Below are positions 15,992-26,428 of a stretch of 64,000 nt of DNA, one piece after another. The stretch lies in IMG/VR virus record IMGVR_UViG_3300036715_002842, positions 1 through 64,000 of that record, one strand, 5' to 3'. Both the position numbers and the translations under genes were made by a program. This DNA comes from a virus. A model generated the notes under the pieces. That model had not been told where the DNA came from. It did not search any database and worked only from the letters and a program-made list of their open reading frames with translations. Every line of letters begins with the position of its first letter. Within the stretch, counting starts at the first letter, position 1.

Positions 15992-18900
15992 TTAATCACT
16001 AGAGGCCGTGGCAGACTTTTTACCAGAACTCGTGGCATTGACAGTGATGGTAAGATCCTGAGTAACTGTATCACCCGCGGCATTAGTAACGGTGAGTGTG
16101 TAGGTGGTATTTGAAGAAAGTGCTGGGGTGGTGAACCCTGTGGTAACTGCACCGATTCCATTATTGACAGATCCTGTACCACCACTGAACGTGGTTGTTA
16201 CTACTGCGGTAGTGCCACTGAAAACTGGGTTGGGTGTAGCGGAGAAGGCTGAGATTGTTGGCATTGCTACGACTGTTGCTGTTGTTGTTGCGGTTTTAGA
16301 ACCATCTGCGGCGGAGGTGGCGGTGATGGTGTAGGAACCGGGGGTTGCTGGAGCAGTATAAACGGTATTCACTCCAGTTGCGGTAGAGATTGGAGAGAAG
16401 GTTCCACCGGTTGCAGTCCAGTTGATGCTAGTGTTCACCGCGCCAGAAATGGTTGAACTAAATGTCTTGTTGTGGCTTACGGAAACGGTGAAGTTCTGGA
16501 GGGAGATGGCTCCCACAACTACGGTCTGAGGTGTGATAGTTAAGTTACCGCTCATGGTATAGCCGGTGATTGAAGTAATCTTGCCGTAGTAAATGGTCTG
16601 AGTCACAAACCCACTTGCTTGAACTGCGTAGGGGGTACCACTTACAGCGCTCGCAGTGATTTCAGAACCACCAACGGTTGTTCCAATACTCTTGTTACCC
16701 GTCAAGGTTCCAGTGTAGGTCATTGTAAGGGTTACATTGGTTGCACCATAAAGAGGAGACATAGTGCTTGCTACCATTGTTAATGTTGGTAGTGCGTAGA
16801 CTATTGCAGTGGTTGAATTTGTCTTTGTAGGATCTGCAACGGATGTTGCGGTGATAGTGTAAGTTCCGGGAGTCGCTGGAATATTCCAAGTTGCTCCAGT
16901 GAAGGAACCGCCGGTTGCGGACCAGGTTACCGCGGTATTAGCAGCACCCGTCACGTTCGCGAGGTAGATCTGGGTTTGACTTACGTTTACGTTCGCGGTG
17001 GCAGGACTGGGAACTCCTACCGCTACGGTCTGAGGAGTAACCGTTACGGAGTAATCCGCTGTTGTACCTGCTAGGTTGGAGACTCTCAGGTAATAGGTCT
17101 TGGCAACTGTGAAGCCAGAAGCCTGTACAGTGATGGGAGTTCCGGAAGTTGCTGCAGCGGAGATATCAGATCCGCCCAGAGTAGTCCCAACAATCGCGGA
17201 GGAGCCGGTCCAGGTCGGTGTTACGGTTGTGGTCGTTGCCCCATAGAGGGGAGAAGTAGTGCTCGCAGCAATCGAACCTGTGGGGTTTGCAACTGTGGTA
17301 ACAGTCGTTGTATTGGTGGAAGTTCCATTCGCTGCGGCGGTTGCCGTCAAGGTGTAGGTTCCAATACTTGCGGGGGCGGTCCAAGAAGTTGCCACCCCAC
17401 TTGCGGTAGAGATTGGAGAGAAGGTTCCACCGGTTGCAGTCCAGTTGATGTTAGTGTTCACCGCACCCGAAACCGTGGTGCTTACGTTTCTCGAAGTGCT
17501 TACGGTCTGGTATCCACCACCACCGGTGATTGCAGCCACAGATACCGTTTGAGGTGTGATGGTTACAGATGCATCGGCAGTTGTTCCGGGAACGTTAGTT
17601 CCTCTTGCGTAGTAGGTGGTAGCCGCGGTGAACCCGCCAGCTTGAACTGCCAGGGCAACTCCAGAAGTAGCCGAAGCAGAGATCTGGGTACCTCCGACAG
17701 ATGTACCTACGGTGATTGAGGTAGTTCCACCACTACCGGTTGGCGTTACGGTTACGTTCGTTGCCCCATAAAGAGGTGAAGTAGTACTTGCGGCGAGGGA
17801 GATTCCTGGGAGTGCGTAAACATTGACGGTTGTGGAATTGGTGGTAGAACCATCTGCAGCAGAAGTGGCAGTGATGGTGTAGGAACCGGGGGTTGCTGGA
17901 GCTGTCCACGTAGTTGTCGCACCGCTTGCGGTAGAGGTTGGAGAGAAGGATCCACCGGTTGCTGACCAGTTGATGTTGGTGTTTACTGCGCCGGTTACCG
18001 TTGCACTATAAGCCTGGGTCTGGCTCACGTTCACATTCGCTGCGGCTGGAGATGGAATGCTGACGGACGGCCACTGGGGATTTGTTGTGACGCTGCTTGC
18101 GAGGTAGGTAGCTCCAACGGAGTTTGTTACTATAAGGATGTACGTCCCCTGATTAACGAATCCAGTGGGCTGTACTGGTAAGGCAACCCCAGAAGTAGCG
18201 TTCGAGGAGATTTCGGAACCAGTTCCATTGAGAACTCCGACCGTTGCAGTTGCTCCAGCAGTGAAAGTTGGGGTAACCGTTACGTCAGTCGCACCATAGA
18301 GAGGGTTGTTGGTGCTCATTGTGAGCGAACCAGTTGGTAGAGCGACCAAGGTAATGGTTGAGGTTGCAGACTTGGTTCCATCTGCAACGCAGGTCGCTGT
18401 CGCAGTCTTGGCACCAGCGGTAAGTCCACCATAGTAGAAATACCCATCCGAACGGTAGGTTCCTGCCGACTGGGAGAAGGAAACCGATGTGTTTGCTGCA
18501 CCACTTACGGTTGGGGTAATCAGAATGTCGCACTTGAGGAATTGCGTTGCTGAGGTGTTCACCTGCAGTTGGACATGATCAAAATCTAGTTCGAGATTCA
18601 GTCCACTGTAGCAGTTATTCACTGACATGAACCACTGAAGAACCTTAGCGGTGGTGCACATCCACTTGACACTATAACGTTGCCACACGGTAGCGCTAAG
18701 AGGTGGATTCTCCAACCACACGATATTTTCTGGTGCCTGATTCCATGCATCAAAGAATCCTGCACCAGTTGCAGAAAGTCTGCCGCGTGCGTAGAAGCTC
18801 AGGGTATACCAGGTACTGAGTGCGTAAGCACCAATCCAGAAGGCATTTCCATCTGCGGCGGATAGTCCGAAAGTATTGATGGTTGTGTTGTGAGTGAATC

Positions 18901-20926
18901 TTACAAAAGGTCCACCATCCACACCGCCAGTTGCTTGGTAAGATGAAGTCGCTCCACCACCATTGTCGTAGATGGAGTAGTAGGTCATCCCGTTATCAAA
19001 AGATCCATCGCACATCAGATTGACTGAGACTGATCTCGATGCGGACGTTGGACTTACTGCTACTGAAACTGTCTGAGGAGTAATGGTTACACTGGAATCC
19101 GCTGCTGCAAAGGCATGATTGTAGGTTCTTGCCCAGTAAGTTGTTGCTGCAGTAAATCCGCCAGTCTGAACTCCAATCGGAGTACCAGAAGTAGCCGTCG
19201 AAGAAACCTGGGATCCACCTTGATTGGTACCAACGTAGATGAGATAGGGATCTCCTCCACCAGTTGGGGTAACAGTTACATTCGTTGCCCCATAAAGAGG
19301 TGAAGTAGTACTTGCGGAGATGGAGGAGGTAGGTACCGCGTAGACATAAACCGAGGTCGAAGCGGACTTTGTTGGATCTGTTACCGATGTAGCTGTAATG
19401 GTATAGGTTGCTTGACCCGAGCCGAAGGTTGGCGCAGTCCAATTAGCACCGGCAAAGGATCCACCACTGCAAGACCAGGTAACTGCGGAACTAACCCCTC
19501 CAGAAGCTGAAGCAGAAAATGCTACGACTTCTCCGCAGGTTCGATTTGTATTTGAAGGGGTTGGGGTACTCACTGAAACTGTTTGTGGGGTAATCGTTAC
19601 GCTAGCATCTGCTACGGTACTAGCGGCATTGAACACTCGTGTCCAGTAGGTCTGGGCAGTAGTAAATCCGCCTGTCTGTACTCCAACTGCCGCATTGTTG
19701 GTAGCGTTCGTCGAAATCTGCACTCCACCCTGCGTTGTGCCGAGGTAGATGCCATAAACACTTCCACCACCCGTTGGAGTAATGGTTACGTTCGTCGCAC
19801 CATAGAGTGGATTTGTGGTGCTCGCAGCAAGAGAAGCTGTTGGTGCGGCAATTACTGTTGTATATGAATCGTTCGTTACTCCATTCGCTGCGGCGGTAGC
19901 ACGAACGTAGTAGGATCCAGTAGTTCCTGGGGCGGTGAAAGTTGTCGAATCGCCGGATGCAGGGGATACGGATCCACCTGCTGGGGCAGACCAGTTGATT
20001 GTGGTGTTCACCGCACCGGATACACTAGCAGTTACTCCAGCCGAAGTACCCACAGTCATGTATGTTGGAAGAGCAACGGAATAGGTAATTGAAGGTGTTT
20101 GAGGTGTAATTGTTACGCTAGCGTCTGCAACTCCGCCACCGTAGGAGGAGTATCTATTCCAATAGGTAGTTGAGGTTACGAACCCTCCTGTTTGAACTCC
20201 GATAGCGGATGAGTAAGGAGACGCGGAACTGAAAATATTTCCGGAACCCTGGGAGGTTCCAACCTGGGTTGCTGCAATTGAACCGGTGCCACCAGGGGTT
20301 ACCGTTACGTTCGTCGCACCATAAAGAGGTGAGGTGGTGCTTGCAGTAATAGTTGCAGTCGGAATCGCAGTTACGGAAAGATTCACGTTACTTGAAGCTC
20401 CGGTCCCCGAAGCGGTTGTGGCATAAATGACGACTGTTTGTGGAGATGTTGGAGGGGTGTAAGTAGTCGTACCTCCGCTCGCAGTTGTAGATGGGGAGAA
20501 GGATCCGCCGGAAGCGCAGGACCAATTGATATTTGAATTTGATGCACCAGATACGGTTGCTGAGAAGGTACAAGTTCTATTAGTATCGCAATAGTTGCTA
20601 CTAGGAGTAATTGCTGAAACTGCTGGGGTTTGTACTGTTACAGTTTGGGAACCAGAACCAGTTCCACCTGAAGTTGTAACACTCATTACACCAGATGTAT
20701 TCTGAGCTACGGTTCCAGTGATAGTGATGGTTGTATCGTTCGTTACTGTAAATGCAATAGAAGTGGTTCCAATCTTAACTACGGTTGCGCCAGTGAATCC
20801 GCTACCCGTAACAGTCCAACCAGTCTGACCATAGAGAGGTGAAGTTGTCGATACACTGGAGACAACCGGTACTCCAGAGTAGGTTCCTAGGATGTAGGTC
20901 TCGTATACATTAAGAGTTGCGGTCAT
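15992..20926 (-). CDS. giant Thr/Ser-rich repeat fibre/adhesin with Ig-like repeats and a carbohydrate-binding-like insert
   Basis: About 7 repeats of ASTTSPLYGATNVTVTP...GF...ADASVTITPQTV alternating with GAVNTxINW Ig-like units; central NLMCDGSFD...YTLSFYAR...WQRYSV CBM-like domain. Confidence 0.75.
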   Translation of the reverse strand: MTATLNVYETYILGTYSGVPVVSSVSTTSPLYGQTGWTVTGSGFTGATVVKIGTTSIAFTVTNDTTITITGTVAQNTSGVMSVTTSGGTGSGSQTVTVQTPAVSAITPSSNYCDTNRTCTFSATVSGASNSNINWSCASGGSFSPSTTASGGTTTYTPPTSPQTVVIYATTASGTGASSNVNLSVTAIPTATITASTTSPLYGATNVTVTPGGTGSIAATQVGTSQGSGNIFSSASPYSSAIGVQTGGFVTSTTYWNRYSSYGGGVADASVTITPQTPSITYSVALPTYMTVGTSAGVTASVSGAVNTTINWSAPAGGSVSPASGDSTTFTAPGTTGSYYVRATAAANGVTNDSYTTVIAAPTASLAASTTNPLYGATNVTITPTGGGSVYGIYLGTTQGGVQISTNATNNAAVGVQTGGFTTAQTYWTRVFNAASTVADASVTITPQTVSVSTPTPSNTNRTCGEVVAFSASASGGVSSAVTWSCSGGSFAGANWTAPTFGSGQATYTITATSVTDPTKSASTSVYVYAVPTSSISASTTSPLYGATNVTVTPTGGGDPYLIYVGTNQGGSQVSSTATSGTPIGVQTGGFTAATTYWARTYNHAFAAADSSVTITPQTVSVAVSPTSASRSVSVNLMCDGSFDNGMTYYSIYDNGGGATSSYQATGGVDGGPFVRFTHNTTINTFGLSAADGNAFWIGAYALSTWYTLSFYARGRLSATGAGFFDAWNQAPENIVWLENPPLSATVWQRYSVKWMCTTAKVLQWFMSVNNCYSGLNLELDFDHVQLQVNTSATQFLKCDILITPTVSGAANTSVSFSQSAGTYRSDGYFYYGGLTAGAKTATATCVADGTKSATSTITLVALPTGSLTMSTNNPLYGATDVTVTPTFTAGATATVGVLNGTGSEISSNATSGVALPVQPTGFVNQGTYILIVTNSVGATYLASSVTTNPQWPSVSIPSPAAANVNVSQTQAYSATVTGAVNTNINWSATGGSFSPTSTASGATTTWTAPATPGSYTITATSAADGSTTNSTTVNVYALPGISLAASTTSPLYGATNVTVTPTGSGGTTSITVGTSVGGTQISASATSGVALAVQAGGFTAATTYYARGTNVPGTTADASVTITPQTVSVAAITGGGGYQTVSTSRNVSTTVSGAVNTNINWTATGGTFSPISTASGVATSWTAPASIGTYTLTATAAANGTSTNTTTVTTVANPTGSIAASTTSPLYGATTTTVTPTWTGSSAIVGTTLGGSDISAAATSGTPITVQASGFTVAKTYYLRVSNLAGTTADYSVTVTPQTVAVGVPSPATANVNVSQTQIYLANVTGAANTAVTWSATGGSFTGATWNIPATPGTYTITATSVADPTKTNSTTAIVYALPTLTMVASTMSPLYGATNVTLTMTYTGTLTGNKSIGTTVGGSEITASAVSGTPYAVQASGFVTQTIYYGKITSITGYTMSGNLTITPQTVVVGAISLQNFTVSVSHNKTFSSTISGAVNTSINWTATGGTFSPISTATGVNTVYTAPATPGSYTITATSAADGSKTATTTATVVAMPTISAFSATPNPVFSGTTAVVTTTFSGGTGSVNNGIGAVTTGFTTPALSSNTTYTLTVTNAAGDTVTQDLTITVNATSSGKKSATASSD

Positions 20927-20937
20927 ATGTCAGAACC

Positions 20938-21408
20938 TCATCCAAGGTTGATGCAGCAAGCGTCCCCACGGGCACATCCACCGGTATAGTTCGATGCACC
21001 GTACACGGCAAATCTTACCTTTACGTAGGTTAAATTCTGGGCAGCAGATAGAGTGTAAGTAGGAACTGGGGTGATTCTTGTAGTGGTGTGTGCAGTATAG
21101 TCAGAGAACATATTAGTCCAAGTTACGTTTGTTGAATCCACGCTCACATCAATGTTAATATACGCGTTGTCATAGGTACCATCAACCAAAGTAGTACTTA
21201 TATCCGTATACAGAACCAAAGCGGTATAGGTTTGAGTTGCTGCCGCCCAAGCCTGAAGTGTGTAATATCCAACAGTTGGCGCTTGAAGGGTAGAAGCCAA
21301 TTTCTGCATTGTTGCCGCATCAGCACTATTTCCGTTGTAAGCAAATGTTGGATTTGTGATACCGGTAACGCTAGCCCAGGCAGTTGGATATAGATTAATT
21401 GTTGACAT
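20938..21408 (-). CDS. beta-rich protein with Cys-rich C-terminal tail (GGCARGDACCINLG)
   Basis: 156-aa ORF abutting the rSAM stop; its three Cys are all in the last 12 aa. Confidence 0.7.
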   Translation of the reverse strand: MSTINLYPTAWASVTGITNPTFAYNGNSADAATMQKLASTLQAPTVGYYTLQAWAAATQTYTALVLYTDISTTLVDGTYDNAYINIDVSVDSTNVTWTNMFSDYTAHTTTRITPVPTYTLSAAQNLTYVKVRFAVYGASNYTGGCARGDACCINLG

Positions 21409-22779
21409 TTAAGACCTCACTTCAACTGGGCCATGTGAAAGCTTCCGGTATGTTTCAACCATCTGTTCTTTCCGAACTTCAATCGCTGACAGAAGGGAAT
21501 CCCTCTTCAGCCCACAGTAGAAATCCCTTGTTTTGATTGAACCATTTTCCACGTAACAACCACCCTGACAATTGTATTTAGCAACGCAGGTCTGACATTC
21601 CGTATAGCAGGCAGTTTCAAGATTGAGAACATTCCAGATCTTCTCCATATCCAATTCAAATTCTTTGGTTTCTGGATCGAACTGGCCAACGATTAAATTA
21701 TCGGTGTAAGTTCCATTTTCCGTTGAGATTCTGTGGCACGTTGTAATGAGCCCATTGTTCAAGAAGGTCATGGAAGAACTTGGATCAGTCGCACCACATC
21801 CAGAAAATCTTGTTTTGAAAACTGAGGTATGATCTAAGTCGGTGTCAGATACAACTGCCCACTTCTTCCCAACCGATCGTTCCTTTAGTCTCTTCCAAGC
21901 TTCAACATAGACATCCACATCGTGCATCCCCTGAGGATCTGTATCGGAGTGATATGCCGCCATGTTGAGAACTAAACGAGAATTTGGATGCCTGGGAGTT
22001 TTCTGAGCCTCGATCCATCCATCGAATCCTTCTTGTTCCTGAAGCCAGTCTAGAAAGTCAGCAACGGATTCAAGTTCGGAAACCATGGGAACCGTGAGAG
22101 TTCCACGTAGATTGAAGAAGATCTTATGTTTCAGTAGGAGCAAGATTCCATTCACCGCAGCATTGAATGTTCCGGAACCATCCAATCTCTGGCGTTGACT
22201 ATTTTGAAGGATGGGGCTTCCATCAAAAGATGCCACGATCTGGTTGAAGTACTTCGCAATCTGCTCTATGTTTCCTTCATTGATCAGGGTTAGGTTGGTG
22301 GTCATTGCCATCGAACCAACTCTACCGGTTGCGAAGAGTTTTTCACTGAAAGCGAAAAGGCGGTTCCCGATGGTGAGGGTCTCCCCTTGAGGAATGAAGT
22401 TGATGTGAAGTTCTTCTTCACCCTCATCCTCAACCACAAGATCAGCTTTACGAATCACGTTCAGAATCGCCTCTTCCATGTCCTCGGAAAGGACAGGTTC
22501 ATCCGGTCTCGTATGAGCATCTGCAGCGTAGCAGTAAGTGCAAGCCAAGTTGCACTTTGAGGTCATTGAGATCTTAAATGATTTGATTTTTCTCAGATTG
22601 AAAGCGAGATCTGTTTCTGGTTTTGGGTTGGGCTGGAATTTGAAAGTCGGCGCTTCATTTGCCGGTACAAGGCACTTGAAGAAGGGATAGAAAACGTAAT
22701 CACCGTCAGATAACGTAATCGGGTAACCCGGATTCGGGTTTACACTTGTCGTTACCTCTTCCGTGGTCCAGTTAGGCAT
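21409..22779 (-). CDS. radical SAM / SPASM-domain enzyme
   Basis: CNLACTYC; MTTN, ASFDG; SPASM CGA...TCH...CQTCVAKYNCQGGC...YC; probable start MPNW at 22779. Confidence 0.9.
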   Translation of the reverse strand: MPNWTTEEVTTSVNPNPGYPITLSDGDYVFYPFFKCLVPANEAPTFKFQPNPKPETDLAFNLRKIKSFKISMTSKCNLACTYCYAADAHTRPDEPVLSEDMEEAILNVIRKADLVVEDEGEEELHINFIPQGETLTIGNRLFAFSEKLFATGRVGSMAMTTNLTLINEGNIEQIAKYFNQIVASFDGSPILQNSQRQRLDGSGTFNAAVNGILLLLKHKIFFNLRGTLTVPMVSELESVADFLDWLQEQEGFDGWIEAQKTPRHPNSRLVLNMAAYHSDTDPQGMHDVDVYVEAWKRLKERSVGKKWAVVSDTDLDHTSVFKTRFSGCGATDPSSSMTFLNNGLITTCHRISTENGTYTDNLIVGQFDPETKEFELDMEKIWNVLNLETACYTECQTCVAKYNCQGGCYVENGSIKTRDFYCGLKRDSLLSAIEVRKEQMVETYRKLSHGPVEVRS

Positions 22780-23128
22780 GAGGCTCCCCAAGTGGAATGC
22801 CACTCGCAATCGCCTCAGCTCTGAACTGCTCTTTTGAAATATCGGCGGGCAAAAGTGCCTTGAGAATGCACATCCTACATTCTTTTGTACCGCGAGCAAA
22901 ATCTCTGCAGGTTTGAGGACGTATATCGTAAACCTTGCAGTTTCCGTTTTCATCCAAGGCCAGACAAGATCCATTTTCATTCGCACCCATCGCATTTCCG
23001 AAAGGGGTGCTCACTAAATATTCATCTGGAATTTCCGAGGTACGATCAACATAGATGGTGTTGTTGATTGAATGGCAGCACTCGCCACACCCTTCACAAG
23101 AAGTTGGGACAATTATTTCTGTAGCCAT
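22772..23128 (-). CDS. YkgJ-family (CxxCxxCC) putative Fe-S/zinc protein
   Basis: CEGCGECC...CLAL...CKVYDIRPQTCRDF. Confidence 0.85.
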   Translation of the reverse strand: MATEIIVPTSCEGCGECCHSINNTIYVDRTSEIPDEYLVSTPFGNAMGANENGSCLALDENGNCKVYDIRPQTCRDFARGTKECRMCILKALLPADISKEQFRAEAIASGIPLGEPHA

Positions 23129-23159
23129 CGTACCCTCGAATTTCTAACCCATCGCAGGA

Positions 23160-26100
23160 TTAAACGGTTTGTTCAATGTCAAGCTGGACGGTTACACCTG
23201 CGGCGGTTCCGGCTACCGAACAGACAGCGGTGATAGAATCTCCTGCTGCAATTGCTACACTCAAACCAGTGTAACGATCGGTCCAAGCTGTAGCGGAATC
23301 CGTACCCAGTAAGGTTAGAGTTCCGTAGGATGCAATGGTCGTACCATTGATCTTGATCAGGAGGGTACCGGTTCCAGGAGTCTGAGACTGAGTACGAATT
23401 GCCTTCAGAGTGCCGGCAGCATCTGCTCTATACGCAGGCTGAAGAACGGTTGTGGTGAGTGCTGCTTCGTAGAACCAACGGAGAGGGGCCTTGATCACTG
23501 GCTTACTTGTAACACCGGACCAGGGCACCGATCCGGCACTACCATCAATGTTCACACCGGTCAAGGACTGAGCTGCGGAAGACCGGTTCGCTGCGATCGC
23601 GGTAGTACCTACGTAGTGAACCTGTGCGACGGTGGCGAACGCCGATGCATGCAGACCATCCAGAAGATCTGCGTTCAGGTTTGCTACAACGGTCTGAGAG
23701 GATACTGCAAGAGGTGCTGTACCAGTTGCTACACCAGAAATCAGAATGTTGGCTTGGAAGGATCCATTCGTTGTGAGTGCAGCTACGCCAGTTCTTGCAA
23801 GAGTGGTATCTGCTGCCCCAGTACCGCTTGCCCAGTAAATCGTACCACTCTGGTCAATAGAAATTCTGTAGGTTGTATCCCCCGTTTGTCCTGCGAGGTA
23901 AGCTCCGGTACCGGCGGTACCGTAGGCGTTGAACGCGGCACCATAGTTTGTTCCAATGTAGAACTTACCCGTTACAGTTACATCACCGTTAGTGTTAACA
24001 CTTAGACCCTTCGCGGCAGAAATTGTTGCATCCGTGTAATCTACCATTGCGGAGCTCTGATAGAGCTTGATCTGGCTTGCAGTAATTGCCAAACCACCTT
24101 CAGTGTTGCCGGTCTTGAATAGTGCAACTACGGGGGACTGGTTCGAGGAATTACCGCCAAACACCTTTAAGATGTTCTGCTGATTACCACTAGCCGTACC
24201 GACATAGAGGGTGCCAGCGGTGTTTCCATTTGAATTGACAACCACGTTGTTGGTGAAGCTAATGTTGTTTGTTCCAGTTGGAACTACAGCAATGTATCCA
24301 GAGTTGGCTGGATTGATCAGACTGAAATCGTAGGAAGTTCCGGTACTTGCTTGTAAGACCAACCCCTGAGAAGCTGTAGTTGTTAAGGATGCATGGGAAC
24401 CGCCGGTGACCCAGTAAGAAGGTGCCATCATCGCACCAGTGCAGGTCAAGGTAGTGTTGAAAGTTGAACCGCCTGAACCGATCAGGACCCAAGCGGTTCC
24501 AGTCAGAACTGAACCAACGTTACCGGCAGTAGGCTGACCGATCCACATCTGATTAGAAGTGTTAATACCCCAACCGATCGCAGTGGAACCGGCACGTGTC
24601 ATTCCAAAGTAGGTGTAGTTCGAAGTTGTAGGCGCGGTTACGGAAATGGCACCGTATGGATCTGGGCTTGCAGTATTGGATCCAACTTGAACAAATCCAT
24701 TACCGCCAGCGTTGGTTGAGAATCCAGCGGCGGTTACATTTCCAGTAGAAGTCACTGCGGGTACCGCAAGATTTGCTGAAGTCAAGGACATCCAAGCCAC
24801 AGACTGTGCTTGGTTCGTCCACTGGAATCCACCTGCGTCCACTCCAGCAATGAATCTTGTGATATTATTCGTATCGTTGGTCAACAAGAAAAGTGAAACC
24901 GTGGAACCTCCGGAAGTGGTTCCTTTGATTCCGCCGGCGTTAATGAATTGAATACTACCCATCCCGGTCACTACGGTTGTTGTTGTACCCAAGGCCATCG
25001 CAGTTGAACCAAGCGTCACTGAGGAGCTGGTTAGGGCACTGCTGGGAATTCCAGTGAAGTTGGTTCCGGTAAGAACTGGGGCAGTTGAAGGAAGGATGTA
25101 TCCCTGAGCTTTGACAAACGCAGTCGTTGCGATGGTTGTTGAATTATTCGCGGTCAGTGGGGTAGGTGCTGCAGGGGTACCTGTGAAGGTTGGAGAATCC
25201 AGGGGAGCCGCACCGGTTACCTGAGCTACTGTGTAGTCACCGCTGGTTGCAACAACCACACCAGTTCTTCCAAAGACAGTTACTACCTCAGTCGGTACCC
25301 CATCAATTCCGTCCCACGTGGTGCCATTGAAGACAATCATGTCTCCGACTTTCCACGTGGAAACTCCATCGATTAAGGTACTACCTGCAACGCTCACCTT
25401 GTAGTAGTAGCCCTTAGTACCAACTCCTGAAGCTAGGGCCGGAGAGTTGGTAGAAGCGTTCCACACCCCCTGGTAAACAAGCGCTCCAGAGACTGCGTTC
25501 AACTGTGCTTGTACTTTACCAAAGGCTGCAAGAATCGTATCTGTTGCGGCTACGGAAACGGCAGATCCTACGGAGAAGCCAGTCAGAACCTTGCCAGTGA
25601 CGGTTGCAGCGGCCAGGGTAGTAGTGATGGCGGTAGCACCGGAGCCAGTTACGTCCCCAGTAAGGGTTACAGTCTGGTTGGCGCTAATGTAGCCGCTTGG
25701 GTTCGTCGCGTTGTATGGGGTGTATCCCAACGCAGTAGTTACCTGACTAGAGGTAAGGGTACCACCATATACTCCAGTGATGGTTGCTGCGGAACCCGTG
25801 ATGCTGATTCCCCACGAACCAGAAGCTCCAGTACCTGTCAGAGAAGGTGCACCCACCTGGGCGGCGGTTGGAGTTGAGTAGGAGAAGGTTCCAGTTCCAT
25901 TGTTGTAGAGCCAACCCACTGCGTTAACCAGACCACCAATGGAAGTCAGGTTAGTGTTGAGAGGCTGGCGAGAAGTATCAGAAGGATGTACGTGTGCACC
26001 ATCAGCCCACTTACCAGAAGCTCCTATCGCCGCGGTACCATCCATATTCGGAACTGTGATGGCTACCACTGGAATCGCGGTGACATTCGCCGGGGTGTAT

Positions 26101-26399
26101 CCCAACGCAGTAGTCACCATCAGAGAAGTGATGCCCGTGATGTAGTTGCTTGGGTTCGTTGCATTGTAGGGCGTGAAGCCCAACGCATTCGTAACCTGGA
26201 GCGATGTGATGCTTGAGACTGCGCCAGCAGTTAGAGAGGCCGCGGTGCCGGTCAAGCCAGTTCCAGGACCACTGAACTGGGTCGTCGCAGTGATAGTGGA
26301 ACCAGAGATGGTCCCGAATGTTCCATTGCCCGTGGCATCAATCACACCTGTTGGTGTTGTACCTACGGATAGTCCTAGTCTCGCATTGAAAGCTGACAT
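23160..26399 (-). CDS. tail fibre protein
   Basis: Gly/Thr-rich; YQGVWNASTNSP, SPTFTGTPAAPT, NLNADLLDGLHAS fibre motifs. Confidence 0.8.
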   Translation of the reverse strand: MSAFNARLGLSVGTTPTGVIDATGNGTFGTISGSTITATTQFSGPGTGLTGTAASLTAGAVSSITSLQVTNALGFTPYNATNPSNYITGITSLMVTTALGYTPANVTAIPVVAITVPNMDGTAAIGASGKWADGAHVHPSDTSRQPLNTNLTSIGGLVNAVGWLYNNGTGTFSYSTPTAAQVGAPSLTGTGASGSWGISITGSAATITGVYGGTLTSSQVTTALGYTPYNATNPSGYISANQTVTLTGDVTGSGATAITTTLAAATVTGKVLTGFSVGSAVSVAATDTILAAFGKVQAQLNAVSGALVYQGVWNASTNSPALASGVGTKGYYYKVSVAGSTLIDGVSTWKVGDMIVFNGTTWDGIDGVPTEVVTVFGRTGVVVATSGDYTVAQVTGAAPLDSPTFTGTPAAPTPLTANNSTTIATTAFVKAQGYILPSTAPVLTGTNFTGIPSSALTSSSVTLGSTAMALGTTTTVVTGMGSIQFINAGGIKGTTSGGSTVSLFLLTNDTNNITRFIAGVDAGGFQWTNQAQSVAWMSLTSANLAVPAVTSTGNVTAAGFSTNAGGNGFVQVGSNTASPDPYGAISVTAPTTSNYTYFGMTRAGSTAIGWGINTSNQMWIGQPTAGNVGSVLTGTAWVLIGSGGSTFNTTLTCTGAMMAPSYWVTGGSHASLTTTASQGLVLQASTGTSYDFSLINPANSGYIAVVPTGTNNISFTNNVVVNSNGNTAGTLYVGTASGNQQNILKVFGGNSSNQSPVVALFKTGNTEGGLAITASQIKLYQSSAMVDYTDATISAAKGLSVNTNGDVTVTGKFYIGTNYGAAFNAYGTAGTGAYLAGQTGDTTYRISIDQSGTIYWASGTGAADTTLARTGVAALTTNGSFQANILISGVATGTAPLAVSSQTVVANLNADLLDGLHASAFATVAQVHYVGTTAIAANRSSAAQSLTGVNIDGSAGSVPWSGVTSKPVIKAPLRWFYEAALTTTVLQPAYRADAAGTLKAIRTQSQTPGTGTLLIKINGTTIASYGTLTLLGTDSATAWTDRYTGLSVAIAAGDSITAVCSVAGTAAGVTVQLDIEQTV

Positions 26400-26428
26400 C
26401 GGTTCACTCTCCCCAATGTGTTACGTTA

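Noticed and set aside
20926-20940. Stop readthrough or selenocysteine fusing the 156-aa gene to the 1644-aa gene
   Set aside because: The ATG is out of frame (11-nt gap) and each frame meets another TGA
22780-22995. N-terminal 72 aa of the track rSAM ORF (also 5' extensions of the ORFs ending at 44027, 39970 and 37564)
   Set aside because: They overlap neighbouring genes; downstream starts with an RBS or stop-start coupling are better supported
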